64,000 nt of DNA from Schizochytrium sp. TIO01. Taxonomy: Eukaryota; Protista; Bigyra: Labyrinthulomycetes. Shown here in pieces: positions 12,201-26,005 of this stretch (the first letter of the stretch is position 1; every line of letters starts with the position of its first letter). A program made the position numbers and the translations under genes. A model generated the notes under the pieces. It did no database searches, was not told the origin of the DNA, and saw nothing but the letters and a program-made list of their open reading frames with translations. Location: the NCBI GenBank assembly GCA_004764695.1, contig SMSO01000014.1, positions 1,731,648-1,795,647 of the forward strand, written 5' to 3'.

Positions 12201-15200
12201 GCACTCGCTACAACCGCAAAAGCATCGCAACGTTGTTCGCCTGTACGTGGGTGAGTTTGCATTTATTTAGGAGACGTCAAGCCAAGTCAGCGAACAGCGT
12301 CTCATATATTCATTCATTCATTCATTCATTCATTCACATACGTGATCCCAGAGACGGCAATGAATGCGGGAGGGAAGGTTGCCGCTCATTGTAAAGTGAT
12401 GCTGAGAAGGTCCGTGCACTCACTGACTCACGTTCTTCAGCGCAGGGACTCAAGGGGTGTGTCTTGACTGATGGACGAAGAATCTCTTTTTTCTTTTCTC
12501 TTAGTCACCCTTCAAGTTTTTGTATTAGTTTGAAAGGGTTTAGCTTCTCTTTTTTTTTTTTTTTTTTCTTTTTTTTTTTTTTAAATTTAACAATAGTAAG
12601 TAATTATGTGTAAATTTAGATCTTTATTTTTATTAGTCATGTTAAAAAAAGAAAAAAAAAGTATGCTTTTTGTAAAAATGGTTGAGGGACCACAGCGTGA
12701 ATGAGATGAATATAGGAAATTAGGGAGGTCTTGCGAAGAAGCTCGAGCTCTAGGGAGACTTTTATTTATAACTTCGCTGTAGATAGATAGATAGATACCT
12801 ACCACCATAGCTTACTCAAAGCATCAGCTACATTATACTATTTAGAAGTTACAATTTATTATTCTACTTAGATTGGAAATAAAAGTTTCTTGCGTTCTTT
12901 CTTTAAATATGATTTTAGAACGCGTCGCTTCCGCAGAATTCTTTGTTGTTCACATGTATGAGACTGATTGATTGCTTGATCCCACGCAGACTGGGAACTC
13001 ACCCATGCCAAAATTAATACACATTCCATGGCCTGAGGGCTTTAGGTACTTGAGCCCCCGTATTTGAAGGGCCTGCCAGCGTTTTTTATTGTTTATTTTA
13101 TATAGGTGAGAGAAGACGTCAAAGCGCCGAAATTCCCGCAAGCTCTTAAAACAACGTCCGTCAAGCAATCTCTTGTCTTGCAAACGCCAAGGGCAAGATG
13201 CCGTTGTATACTTAAACGAATGTCAAGCAGTGCATATGCATGCTTGGTTGATTGTTCTTGGATATGGCTGCCTCGCCGATAACGTTGTGCTATCAATATC
13301 AACTTGAAGTTTGCACGGATAAGCAGAAATGGCGTGATCCAGTGACCCAGAGGAACTGGCTGAGTGGCTAAAGTCGATGGTACACAGATTCTCTTGGGCG
13401 AAAGTGATTATTCCAAGGTAGGCTCTAGCTTCAAAAGAGCACATTTGAGGCTTTCGAAAACTATTATGAAAGGCCAAAGTCGAATGAAGGTATACAGGAA
13501 ATCAATCACCTTACATTGGCTAGGTTCATAGAGTCTTCTTCTCTTCTTCAATTAAGCCAATGAGAGCAAACCAATGAGCACGTGAGATTTTGATGAAAAG
13601 CCGTTGAGACATGGAAACGCTTCCCTGGGTTATTCAACGTCGAAGTACATTTTCACACAGACCATGTTGATTATACATTTTGCACGCTTTGCCTTGCCGA
13701 TCATCTAAACTGGTAAAAAGAATCGACCTGGCATACAAATAATGATACGCAACGATCCAAAGCAAGTGCTACTAGACCTTCCATTGAGGCATGGAAGTTC
13801 TTTTCCATAAAATACAGCGATCGCTGAGTTGCTGGCACTTTAGAGACTGCTCTGAGAGAGAGAGACTGATGCGTTTCAATGAAAGATCACCATCGAAGTA
13901 ATATGGGATGGCTCTTGATCCCTCTCGTCTCCCAGACATCGAGGCGACTCGCGAACGCCACAGGCTTGATTATCATCGAACGCTGTCTATGAGTTTCCTT
14001 CAATGCAATCATTGCTCGATCAGGGCAAGCAAGCTGATACTACTGCTCCTGTGATATTCGCAACTGAAGGACGGTATGTTTATTTGGATGAGATAACCAA
14101 AAGCCCGTTGACGTCGATCTGCAGCGCGGAGGGTAGGCGATCCCTTGAGACATCGTTTAGTTGAGGGTTCCAGTGAAACAAGCGTTGCGGTGGTCACAAA
14201 GAACCACAGAGCGGAAATGTTCTAAGTTTCTTCCCTCCTAGTTTTTTCTTTGCGTCTTTTTGATCTTATTGAACTTCATTCTTCATATTTCATCTCGATG
14301 GCTATAGTGGTAAGTCATCGTGGAGATTTGATCATGGATCAGTAGCGTTTGCTACAACGAATTGAGAGTTCCTAGCTCACGCAGCTCGGGACTGAAGAAC
14401 GGAAGTGCAGTGCAGGAACAGCACGCTCAAGTCATTTAAGTACCGAAAGGTAGATCCGTAGCTAGGAGTCTCACAAATAGCAGCATGAGCGAGATAAAGC
14501 TGTCAGCAGCAATGCTCCGCGCATGGTCCGATTCAGACGCACATGCGCATGTTGTTATTCGTTTCGATATTCAGCTTTCTCCTAGCTTAGCTACTATACC
14601 TAGGCCATATGTTAATTCTCTAAAGTTAGTCATGTATATCCTGGTTTTACTTTGTTTTAAGTGTTGTTTTGTTTTTGCTCTGTTTTGCATTTTCAACTTA
14701 AAGAAGAGGATAACGTTTGACAGTACGTATGCAACCATGTTCCCGATGGTTTTTCTTTTTTGAAGAGAAGAACCTGGCATTTCGAACTTTTTATTTTGTG
14801 GACGAAGAACCATGACAAATGAAATGCTAAGATGAGAACATACTCTAAGATTCCCCTTGCTACTAGAGACCTTAAGGATTGTGCTTCTGCGCTATGTGTT
14901 TATGGCTACACATCAGGGTCGCGGTTTATCATTTTGACAACAGATCCAATACCTTCTCAATTCACATTTGCAACGGTATGACACAAGCTCGCATAAAGTT
15001 TAACATGGTACTTTGGGTTCTAAAATCTATAACCCAGTAGCAATCATGATATCAAATCATATGGCACATCGTATTATGTGATAGGTTACACATACGCACG
15101 AACACTGTCTATCGTTGGTGCAGAGACAATGCTGTATGCACGTTGAGGAACGAACACATTGACGCCGGCTTATTCAAGTTCTTAGCGTACACTTCATTTA

Positions 15201-15554
15201 AGATTCAGGGTCACTTGAAGCTTATTACTCTCTTTGTGTATATGTCTTTTTCTGCTTATAATATCAACCTCTACTCCCAGTAGCCAATAGCCTCAGTGTT
15301 TTCGAACAAATGGTAAATAGAGTCCACCGAAGGCCAATAAGTCGTGCTATACGAGACCTATACAAAGTTAATAGAAGGAAATGAAAAACTGAAGACACCC
15401 GACTAGACAATTTGATAAAAATTATGTATTTCAAACACAGCACTTTCAAAAATAACAATATACAAACTCATTAAAATCGATTTACAAATGTCACATAACA
15501 GCTTCAGAAATTGCAGTTTATATTTGGTCAAACGATCAGACCAAGTGTTCGACT

Positions 15555-15695
15555 TTATTTTTGAGAGTCTTCTATTTGCTCTCCCGCTTCAACGTCTTGA
15601 ACTCCTTGTACATCTTCTCCTTCGTGTGCTTTTTGCGTTCCGTGTGATTTTTCACCTACTCTTGTTTGTGCTTCTTGTTGTTGTTGTAGTTGTTG

Positions 15696-15726
<31 letters not shown>

Positions 15727-18700
15727 TGTAGTTGTTGTAGTTGTTGTAGTTGCTGCTGCTGCTGCAATTGCAATTGTTGCTGCTGAGGCATCTGAAATGG
15801 AACTTGGAAGCCTGACACATTGGTCGTTTGGTGTTCTTGATTCGCAACAATAATCACAGCATCTCCAGAGATGGAAATCATGTTATATACAGACTTGAGA
15901 GCCTTCACTGTTGATTGTCGAGGAGTAATCTTATATGACAGCAGTGCATTGCCTTGAAGAGCTGCGACATGAGCACGCGCAATAGCTTGAGCTTCGTTTA
16001 GAAATTGTTGAAAAAACTTCCCTAACCCTCCGCCTTCACGTACTGCCCATGACTCACGAATGAAATGCAAGTTGATGCGACCTAGGTAGCGCACAATTGT
16101 GTGCCCTGGAACGAATGGTAGAGGTGACAGATGGATGATTGGTGTATTGACCACAAAGCTGGTGTTCGACGGCTGGCCGTAGCGATCACCTAACTGAGAG
16201 TCGTGCATAGCTCCACCCAAATTGTTCATAGATGGGTGACCATGCAAACTTAGGTCTAGAGAGTCCTTTCGTTGCAGTTCGTTTGGTTCCAGAAGTGAGA
16301 GATCTCGACTGCTACTTCGGTACTGCCTTGTCAAAGAACTTCCCCGCGTATGCCGAATTTGTGTACTTAGCTCCGTTGAGTTCCTTCGCAAATGTTGAGC
16401 TCCCTCGTCTTCAGGAATTCTACTACTCAGGGCTGCAGGTGCCAACAAAGGCGTAGAAATCGGTGAAGCCGCGATGCTATCGGTGGGAACACTTGACATC
16501 AAAACAGGAGAGGATGACCTTGGTGATGCTGACGGTCCATGTTGACGACCATGGCTACTACTATCAGACATTCCAAGGTGCGAAAGTGCCATATGGCGGC
16601 GAATATGCAGATGTGGCAGGGAAGGCAAAGTCATATGCAGATGGCGCTTGATGTTTGGTAAGTGGAATCGAGATAGTAACGGAGATGCACGTCGCCGCTC
16701 AATAACCGAAGGAACGTTGTTGAGCAGTTCTAAGTCAGCATCGGCACGTGGATTTGGCGGTAATGGTCCGAGAGTGGTACCTTCTTCCAAAAGATATGTA
16801 CTGTGGTCCTTATTTGCCCATATCTCGCGTTCCACCATCTGCAATTGCAAATCTTCATCATGTGTTTCAGCCAAAGGATGCATAAATCGAGAATTGATAG
16901 GATCCAGATTCAAGCGATCCAGCAAATCCAAGGCACGTGGTGTTGGTGCTGCCATAACTTCCCCACCAACAGCACCTGTTACAGAATCTCCCAGCTCAAA
17001 ACCTGCGTCATCACCGCCTCCTTCTTCCGAGATCTCGCGTTGCACATGCATCATGCGAGATTGGAGTAATTTAATGACAGTGTTTTCTACAGTAATAGGC
17101 ACTACAGAAGACAGACCAGCCACAGCTGGTTCGAATTTCCATGCATCGAAAAATGGAGAAATACCCTGGTCTAGCAGAGAGAGTTTGGGCATGTCAGCGC
17201 GATGGACAACTGCAGTCAACATGACTTCCACAGTATATTCGCTTGGGATCGAAAGATCACAACGTATGCCACATACCTCACACGGCACCATGGCCATGAC
17301 TTTAATTGCAAGCATGCCATAGAGTTCATGAAACAGCTCAGAAAACTGTTTATTCAGTCGAGTCAGGCGAGCCTCGTTCATTTGTTTGCGAACAATCATG
17401 GTTACCATGTGAGGTTTTCGGACAGATTGATAGCGACCTGTACCACCAGCAATGCCAGAGCTTACCCCGCCTTGAGGCAAGCAATCAGTATTGCAAAGGG
17501 ACATACCAGGAGGCGGAAGTTTGTCGAGTACCACAGCCATGACATCCTCATCTGCTTCGTCGTCAACCTCAATAACAAAAGTGTTGCGAGTGCTTCGCAT
17601 TTCCTCTAACATTGCCTCAGCCTTGTCTACGTCCATGTCACTATCCTCACTTGATGACGATGAAGATGATGAAGACGAGGATGAAGACCAGGACTCCGCA
17701 CCCCTACCCTCGTCGTCAGAGTCGCTTAGCAAAGGGACGGGATCATTTACTGCATCCAAGTGTTGGCCTGCCCATGTCCAAGACAGTGAAGAGGATGATG
17801 TTGACCCAGAGGATGAAGATGATGACGAGGATGACGAGGAAGACGAATCCGACTCTGAGGAGCTCGAGCGAGTTCCACGAGAAAGAACTGACTGCGGGGG
17901 TGCGGTAGATGCTACCGAAGACTCAATTGAAGAGGTTCGAGATCGCGAGCCAGAGTCTAACCCAGAATTGGAACCTTGGGACCAGTCGCTTTGACCATCT
18001 TCCCCTCGTGTACGATCGCGAGACTGTTTGCGTCGCCGGGATCGACGTTTCTTTCGAAACGACTTGCTCCCGCGCCGTCCGAGAATGCCACGTCCTTTGC
18101 CTGAACGTGTCTTTGCCTTAGGCGAGCTCATGAGCGTGTCAGAACCACGTTGACTTGAACGTCGCTTGACTGTTTTAGTATATTCTTCAGCATCTTCGCT
18201 CATATCCCCCATGTCGTCAGCCTCGTCATCACCGCGATAGTCAACCTCACGAGACTGCAAGCTTCCACGTTTAATGAGATTGCGAGCTTCCTTCTCTGCA
18301 CGCGCCTGGGCGGTGCGACGTTGGAGTTTAGCAATGAGGCCTTTGCCAGCGCCTGAGCTTCCCGCAGAACGGTCTTTTCGAGATGACTTGGTTCCGAGAG
18401 CACTACCTCCACCCCCCTGGTGACGGGAGGTTCCATCTCTATTTTCATCGTAATCGTGCCCAAAGCTAGCAGTTACATTTGATGAAGACCGTGAAGCTTC
18501 TCCATTTCGCTTGGCCCTTGAGAAAGGAGCAAACATATTTTTCGCAGTTTGAGCAAAGCTGGAAGTCTCGAGTTCTTGAGATGCACCTTTTCCAGAAGTA
18601 GAAATGTCCGTAGCACTATCATGGGCTTTTGTTGAGGATGAGTCCGTTGTCGCCTGGCTATGTTTGGGCTCGAGACCATGCTTAATTGCTTCCGCACTCT

Positions 18701-21700
18701 TCGCAGCTACAGACTCAAGCGAGTGTAGCAGAGATGCAGGTCCTGTCATTTGGTGTCGAGATGGGCCAGATGCTGTATTCGCAGACTTGCCTTGATAAAG
18801 CCTGGGCGGGGGAGTTTGCGCATGGATATCTGAGATAGGATGTTTATTCCCAGCTCCATTTGCTACAGAGTGACTTTCAGACCCTTTGAGGTTTGTAGAC
18901 ACGGTTGCAATATGAGAATCAGAGTTATACCTGTGTCGAACCCCTCTTTCTTTGACCAAAGGGCTTGCGTTAGAAACGACAGATTGCTTAGAAGTAGATG
19001 GTCGGTTCAGGTCTCGCGTTTTAGCACGTAAGCGTCGCCACACGGAAATTTGTTGGGGTGGGCCTGCGCGGCTTCCTCGATCATTGTGGTCGTCATCTCG
19101 GTCCCCGTCATCAAGATCGACATCTCGCGTCATTTCAACATCATGCGTGCGCCGCCGAAGAATTGCTCCATCTTCACTGTCGCCGTGATCACCATGCTCG
19201 TCACCAACAATTAATTCAGTCCAATTGCGACCATCGGCTGGCTGGTCGCCTGGTACTTCTTGCAACGAAGGAGTGGGAATTGGTGTCGGGACAGGCGTAG
19301 CGACTGGAGTCACAGGTGCTGATGACTCACTTATGTTGAGCCCTATTGATCCATGCTGGCTCGAGTTCTCTTCGCCCCCCATAGTGTTTGCGCCATTTTT
19401 TCGACGAGCAAGTCTTGCGAAAACAGCAACTGGGTTTCGAGTTTTATTCACACTACGAGCTGAACCGCGACGAGATGAATGAGATCGCTTGAAAATATCA
19501 GACCTATCATCTGCATCTCCATCCTCAAAACCGTCTTCATCGAAATCATTGAAGCCAACCGCGCCGCGTTCAGATTCGAGTTGTGTAGACTCTTGCAAAG
19601 AGGGAGTTGTTGCCTCCTCCATAGGGTAATAATGGGAATCGTTCGGTGTTTCTTTGTCCTCAACATCGTTCCCTCGTGTATCATATCGAGACCGGCGCAC
19701 TGGTTCGGAGTCATAACGAACATCATCTGTGTCCATACCACTTTCTCCAGTGCGAAATCCGCCAAGAGGAATGATGACTTTATCCTTCTCTTGTTCAACA
19801 AACCTCCCACTTGCTTTTACATCGCCCGGGTCATCGTCGCCTCCCTGTGAGTCCTTTGAACGGCGAGATAGGCGATGCATTACTTCTCGACCTCGCTGGC
19901 GACGCTTACGCTGTCTCTTGCGTGCTCTGCGTTTTCTTTCTTGCAATAAATACTCTTGTTGCCAACGTCGGCAAGTAGCCCTTGTTGCGCGTTGTATACG
20001 CCGCTTTGCAGTTGCGATTGCACGACGGTAAGCATGGGCATCAGCCACAGCCATCCGGATCATTTTCTCGCGATTTTCTGCTGCCACCATTTCGATACGT
20101 TTCTGAATATCCCATAGCTCGCGATCTTCTTTGTCTTCTACAGCTATGCTACGATGAATACGCAAAACGGCAGGTGGTGGCAACGCTGGTGTATGAACGG
20201 CAGTAGCAGTTGTGATGCCAACCATAAGACTTGATCCAATTTGCACCTGGGAACGCAACCCAAATGCAGCATTCATACCCATGAGCTTAAGTTTCAACAT
20301 AAGCTGCTTATGGAGTTCAATTTCCAAAAATATTAAGTTTTCTGAAACTGATGAAGCATCCACCTCACGACTTTCAGCTTTCGTGGTTACTTTCTGTCGA
20401 GCCCGGCAGATCCGTGCCTCAACAAGGACACCGTGGCCTGTGATTGGTAACAAGGGAGGCACCTCAGTGGTAGATAACATTACCTCTGGAACCCATTTGC
20501 GTCGACAAAGGCCACATGGCGCAAGACGCATATTCGCGAATGGTGCGGTACCGCGATGATAAGGTGCATGCACAATAGAGCAAGGTAAGACTGGCCTTGC
20601 ATCCCTACGACGCTGCTTCCGAGCTTGCGCTTCTGCATTACTTGTAAGACGGGGTCTGCCTTCGTTATCGTCACTTTCAGGGTACTGTGAAGGATTGTTT
20701 CCGGTAGGACCTCCCTCAGATTCACCAGCTGGGCCAGTACCTGATAAGTTATTCGTTGATCCTCCACCAGACGCGTTAACTCTTGATTGGCTCAACTCAG
20801 GCGACACAGAGGATTGATGTAAGCCTGCAGTAGACTGAGGAGGGCTCACATTTCCGGAACGAGCGTTCTGAGTACCACGCTTTGTTTGAGCAGATTTCCT
20901 GCGGCGTCGGCGATCATCTTGCTTTTGTTTCGCTTTCAACTGCCACTCTTCCAAGTCCAGACGAAGTTGTTCATAATGACTGAAACGCTGTGTTCCAGGA
21001 GGAGGGAACTCCATGACTAGCATTTCGGCGGTACTTGGTACAGATGTCATGGCATCAGCATCATTTGTAATGTCAGTCTGATCGTGCAGTCGAAGCCCAC
21101 TTCTGCTACGCCATGAGGTTTCCCCAAAATTGGAGCGTTGCAACGATGGCTCGGCGCCACGAGCAGCAAGTAAATCTGCAAGGATACCATCCTTGGGCTC
21201 TTGGCGTGAATCTCGTGGTGCGTCATAGTTGTCGTCGTCTGTGTTTCTACGGTCGTGTAATGATAAAACTCGTGTCTGCTGCGCGCGAGACTGCCTCACA
21301 CGGTCTTGAAGAGACTCGGTTGCAGCAGAAACACTCCAAATCGGGCGATCCGACATCACCGATGCAGCGGTTCCAGTTGCCTGCAAGATACACACATCAT
21401 CATGCACAACACAATGCTCTTGATAACCAATAACATATCGGCACCTTAAGATTCGAGCATGAGATCTTATTTCCTCTCGTATTTCTGCCCACCATTCATC
21501 GCGAGTTTCTTGATCAGCTATCTTTGCAGCGAGCCGGCCTAGAAATTTAACTGATCTCGAAGCCACCACGCCTGCGAGGCGTACTCGGACATTGAGTGGT
21601 AACACAGTTGACGTCAAAAGTGTAACCTCTCGCTCAAGACCAGGAAGTTTGCGAATAAATTGTGTTGTTGCGGCACCTGCCCTTGATTCATCATCGTCGC

Positions 21701-23003
21701 TTGAGCTGCCGTCCCCTGTGTTTTCAATCTCAAAGTGACGAAACCCGTGAGGACTTGGAATGTCATTCTCATTATTTTGCGCTGTGATGAGGGGGCTGTC
21801 AAATGGTGTGTCTTGAGATATTTCGCCGACCGAGAGGCTTCGTTTGCATTCTAATCGTTTGTGCACCGTCATAACTCGAATACCCTGATGTATAAAAGAC
21901 AATGGTGGAAAATTGAGACGATTCAGTGTCTCAAGTGCACCAATGCCTCCAGGCATGCCACCTGCCTGGGGAAGCAGAGGAATCTGGCCGACTAGTGGTC
22001 TCGCGAGAGGGCCCACGGCTCCAGCAAGGACAACAGCGTCCTCCCGAGACGTGCCCGCAACAGGTTCTACAATGCAAGCTGTACCAGCCCCGCGAGCAAC
22101 CATTCCAGAATCCCCCTCAACATCGAAGGTTTGTTGATATCCAATAACCGCATTGCCACCCAACTCTAGCACTTTCTTGCCAATCTGGCGTCGTAGCTGG
22201 CTGGATAATTTATGAAGTAGTCCTTGTCGAGACTCGTTACTCTTTCGAGCCGTTCGAAAATTATCAATGAGCTCATACTCTGGGTCTGCCTCCACAACCA
22301 GTTCCTCAACAAACCCAAGAACACCCTTAACGCACATAATACTTTGCTCAAGTGCTGATGCTGCAAAGAAGCGCACGCCTGCAGAACTATCTTTCCACGG
22401 GTTCTCATCTCCATAGAACGTAATCTTCACCACGACGTGCAGTTCTCCTCGAATTCCATTCAGCGTATCATAAATCGGAAACCATCCTGCGATTTGGTCA
22501 TCATCATGGCGTTCATATCCTTGCCTTTGTGAAGTTTTCAAACCAATATTTCCGTCTTGAAAGTCCTCTGGGCGGTCTGTATCCAAACCAGTAGAGCCCA
22601 CCGTTTCCAATGGCAGTGATGTGGACCTCTGCAAAGCAGTGCCCTGCTCGACTCCTTGAAGTGCTGCTGTCGCAAGATTATTGCTGCGATCAGAGCTATC
22701 CACAGCCATTTGAAGCAAAGGCCCAAGACCTATAGACACAGTACCAATGAGATCATCGGCACTATAGACATCATGATCAAGCACCCTAAACACGAGGGGT
22801 TCATTCTGCAAATCTGAGTCGTCAGAAACATGGAATCTCGTATCTTGTTTCCAGCACGGGTCTAGAGTTTTACGCGCGATTCGGGTTTGGAAAACGTGGC
22901 TTGCAAATCTGACCTCCACGAAAGCGTCGGTTAAGTTTGATGTGCGGTCCATTACGGGAAGGTCTCGTGCCTCGAGCACACGGATTTTTAGAGTAGACGG
23001 CAT
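15555..23003 (-). CDS. C2CD5: C2 domain-containing protein 5 (C2CD5/CDP138)-like; N-terminal C2 domain, YbjQ-like domains, long low-complexity inserts, C-terminal polyQ
   Basis: N-terminus MPSTLKIRVLEARDLPVMDRTSNLTDAFVEVRF...DLQNEPLVFRVLDHDVYSADDLIG closely follows the C2CD5 N-terminus; later blocks GFVEELVVEADPEYELIDNFRT, KKVLELGGNAVIGYQQTFDVEG, ETRDEWWAEIREEIRSHA and YLGRINLHFIRES...AIARAHVAALQGNALLSY are family-typical. The track start (23018) is TTG; ATG at 23003 used. Confidence 0.9.
15674..15785 (-). repeat. CAG/CAA polyglutamine tract in the C2CD5-like gene
   Basis: Encodes the Q-rich C-terminal tail. Confidence 0.9.
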
Positions 23004-24429
23004 CTTGCCTGACGCCAACTCAAATCAACTGCAGCTTACGAAACCTCGACACTAAGTGGTCGAGACCCGCGAGGATAGCCCGCAGGAACCACGACGCAGA
23101 AACGGCATACGTCGCAGAGCGAGACTTGACTTGGTCAGCGCGCAGGCTAAGGATTCCCGCATTGAAAGCTCCAATGACGATCACTTGAAACCTTTTTCCT
23201 ATGACTTCATGTTTAAGTACATAAATGGTACCCAAATATTACCGACTAAAGCAAATAACGTCGAGGTTCACCACTGCGCTGTATGAGCTCGCTCGCGGGC
23301 GAGAAAGCGCTCAAAGTTCGCCCAAGTGAATAGCTAATTCGACGTAATTAGGTCAAAACAGCTTTGGATTGGTTGATTGATATCTTGATGGTCGAATGAT
23401 TGATTTGTCACTCCTCAAAATGTAGTTCATGTGTAGGTGTTCAAGTGAAGACCTAAGTAAATCAAGGTACGTGCATGGAGATTTGATGTTTATATAATTT
23501 TTAATGTTGATGTTGCTTTCTGTACAAATGAAAGGCAGCTCTTAGGATTTCTCTTCGAAGCTACTCAAAGAAGCGGTACCAAGAATGCATCAGTGCTCGA
23601 TAAAGTTTATTACTCTTGTGCACACTGGCCAACAGTCTTTAGGCGTCAACGTTGAGGATACGTTGTCAATTTACACCTTTCGACCAGCTTCATTCGTTTT
23701 TTCACATTTCTATGATTTATTATGATTTAGGCTATTCTTATCATTTATAAGATTTGGTTTTCATTTTTATAAAAAGTTAAAAATCAGAACAAAACATAGG
23801 ATCAAAGGTCCCACGACTAGTTTCTTTTCTACAATGGTAAGAACTTATTCAGACTCGTGGCAATCAATCTGCATCTGCATCAAAGTGTTTCAATGATCTT
23901 CAAGACATCTCTTTCTGCGTTTACTCCACGACTATTTCGATATTGCGATGCCAAAATAAGCTAAAGCTTAGCAGAGCGGGTCTTTCACTTCGCACGCACG
24001 CGTCTAACGGCGAAAGAAAAAAGCTCTTAGTTTCGCTAGTAGTATTCACTAATTAGTGCTTGGGACGAGCTGATTTTGTGAAAGACAGCTTTGAAGCAAG
24101 AGAAACTAATGATCGCCGAAGCACAGGCTCGCTGTCCGCTTGGTAAAGTACCATGAAGAAGGTTTCTTCGAGGAGGCCGGCGAGCTCGCAAGAAGCTCCA
24201 AGCGAATTCCATCAGAAACACAGCGCGGTAGTGCCTATACTGCGATCAGCACGAAGGAAAATTTCATTTGTTCATACTAGCTAGGTACCTAGTAGATATC
24301 TAACTAAATATGATGAAAAGTTTTAACCGTGATGAAAAGAAGAGAATAGAATCATTCTGACGAATCAAATCCAAAACGCGATCGAAACAGCTTCGGGAGG
24401 GGCTCGTTTGCCGAGTGGCGCGTGGCAAA

Positions 24430-25662
24430 ATGCGTTTCGTCAGCGCCGTGGTTGCGTTTTTAGCGGTTGTGGTCGCTGTGGGCGCCCAGGACGACAGCAG
24501 CAGCGATGTTGCCTCGGAGGTGGGCATCGACGCGGGTGCAGTTCGAGTGAATCTTATGGCAGAATGCGCTGCCGCAGAGGCAAATGGCACGGAGATGAGT
24601 CCAGAATGCGCCAGTCTTGCGGATATGAACGACCCTGAAATGTCTATCATGGATGCTAATGATGTTGAAAGGTGCTTTTACAACGGAGAGAGCTTCTCCT
24701 CGTGTCTTGGAGGAAATCCCTTACGAGGATATTACCGGCAACCTTACAGTGGTTAAGCCTCTGAACGGAAGCGAGACGCCCGGGAATGCTGTTGCAGTAC
24801 AGCTTAATGTGAACACAAACTGCGAGAATGTAACTCGATTTCAAGAAAAATACAACGAATCTAACATTTGCATTTCTCTTGATGACTCAGACTTTGCGTG
24901 CTGGCCCATTTTTGGTCTCTCTCGATTTCCATTGTACACGAACTTGACCGAAGGTCCTCATCGCCTGGTAGCCAAGCTTATTGATCCTATTACTGGGGAG
25001 GAATTGATTGACGAAAGTGTCGTTGAATCTACTTTCTTCATGGTGCCAGCAAACGAGACTGATAACACAGCTCAAAAGAAAAGTCGTCATGAGGAAGATG
25101 ACGAATTTGATGATGACTTCGAAGATGACGAAGACGAGGAAGAGGCCGAGCCTGAAACTGAGACCATATCTATACCTCAGGTTGGTATTGAGTTCCCACC
25201 TGAACAGCATGCGGTGCCTGGTACTTTCGAAGTTCGCCTGCATATACTTACGGCGGCAAATCTCACCCAATTCAAGCGACTTTTTACAAACTCTTTCATC
25301 TGTTTGTCTCTTGACGCTGCTTCACATCAGGTATGCTGGCCTATTTTTGAGGAGAACTATTATCCCAAATTTTTCAATCTCAAGCCTGGACAGCATACAT
25401 TGGTGGCACACCTTTCTCATCCCAACACTTTGGAGATTATCCCGGGCACTGCTATGGAGATCCGGTCATTCTGGGTCTCTGAAAGGCATCAAGGTATGAT
25501 TCCCATGACATTGCGCGATCCATCAGATAGTTCGAATGCATTCTCAAACGAATTGAAGCTGCAAGCGGAAGCTCTGCGCCAGATGGCCGCTAAGCAGAAT
25601 GAGCCCGTTGAGGCTGTGCAGGAAGTAGTGTCGAATTCACAGCAAACCCCACCCTCCCAACA

Positions 25663-25738
<76 letters not shown>

Positions 25739-26005
25739 CCGCAGCAACTGCAGACGCAACAGAAACAGCAGGAACAGCAGGAACAGAAGCCGGGAAAGCT
25801 TCATGTATCACTGCAGATTAACGTGGATGGTTCTCGCCATGTCCTTATAGCCCACGAAGGCGAAGATACAATTGCTAAGGCCGGCTATTTCTGCGTAGCA
25901 AACAACATTATTGGACAGAACTGTGTTTCCTCTATTTCGCGCTTACTGGACATTGAGTGGCAGAAGCTACGCGACATCCCGCACATTGAGTTATACACCG
26001 CTTAA
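24430..26005 (+). CDS. Putative secreted protein (~524 aa if joined) with two internal beta-rich repeats, acidic linker and polyQ; reading frame broken by +1 within 24629-24753
   Basis: ATG at 24430 (caaaATG) starts a signal peptide MRFVSAVVAFLAVVVAVGA; this frame stops at 24756 while an overlapping +1 frame runs to 26005 with repeats ICISLDDSDFACWPIF...LTEGPHRLVAKL and ICLSLDAASHQVCWPIF...LKPGQHTLVAHL and several N-glycosylation sequons. Confidence 0.65.
25658..25738 (+). repeat. CAG/CAA polyglutamine tract in the secreted protein
   Basis: (CAG)n then (CAA)n in frame. Confidence 0.95.

Noticed and set aside
12950-14200. Protein-like fragments on the minus strand
   Set aside because: Many stops and no recognisable family; covered only by the general decayed-flank finding.
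16648-17322. 224-aa plus-strand ORF and other short ORFs inside the large genes
   Set aside because: Antisense or alternative-frame shadows without independent coding signal.
24672-24690. 19-nt GT...AG segment that would fix the frame break
   Set aside because: Implausibly short, weak donor, and no other tiny introns evident in the window.
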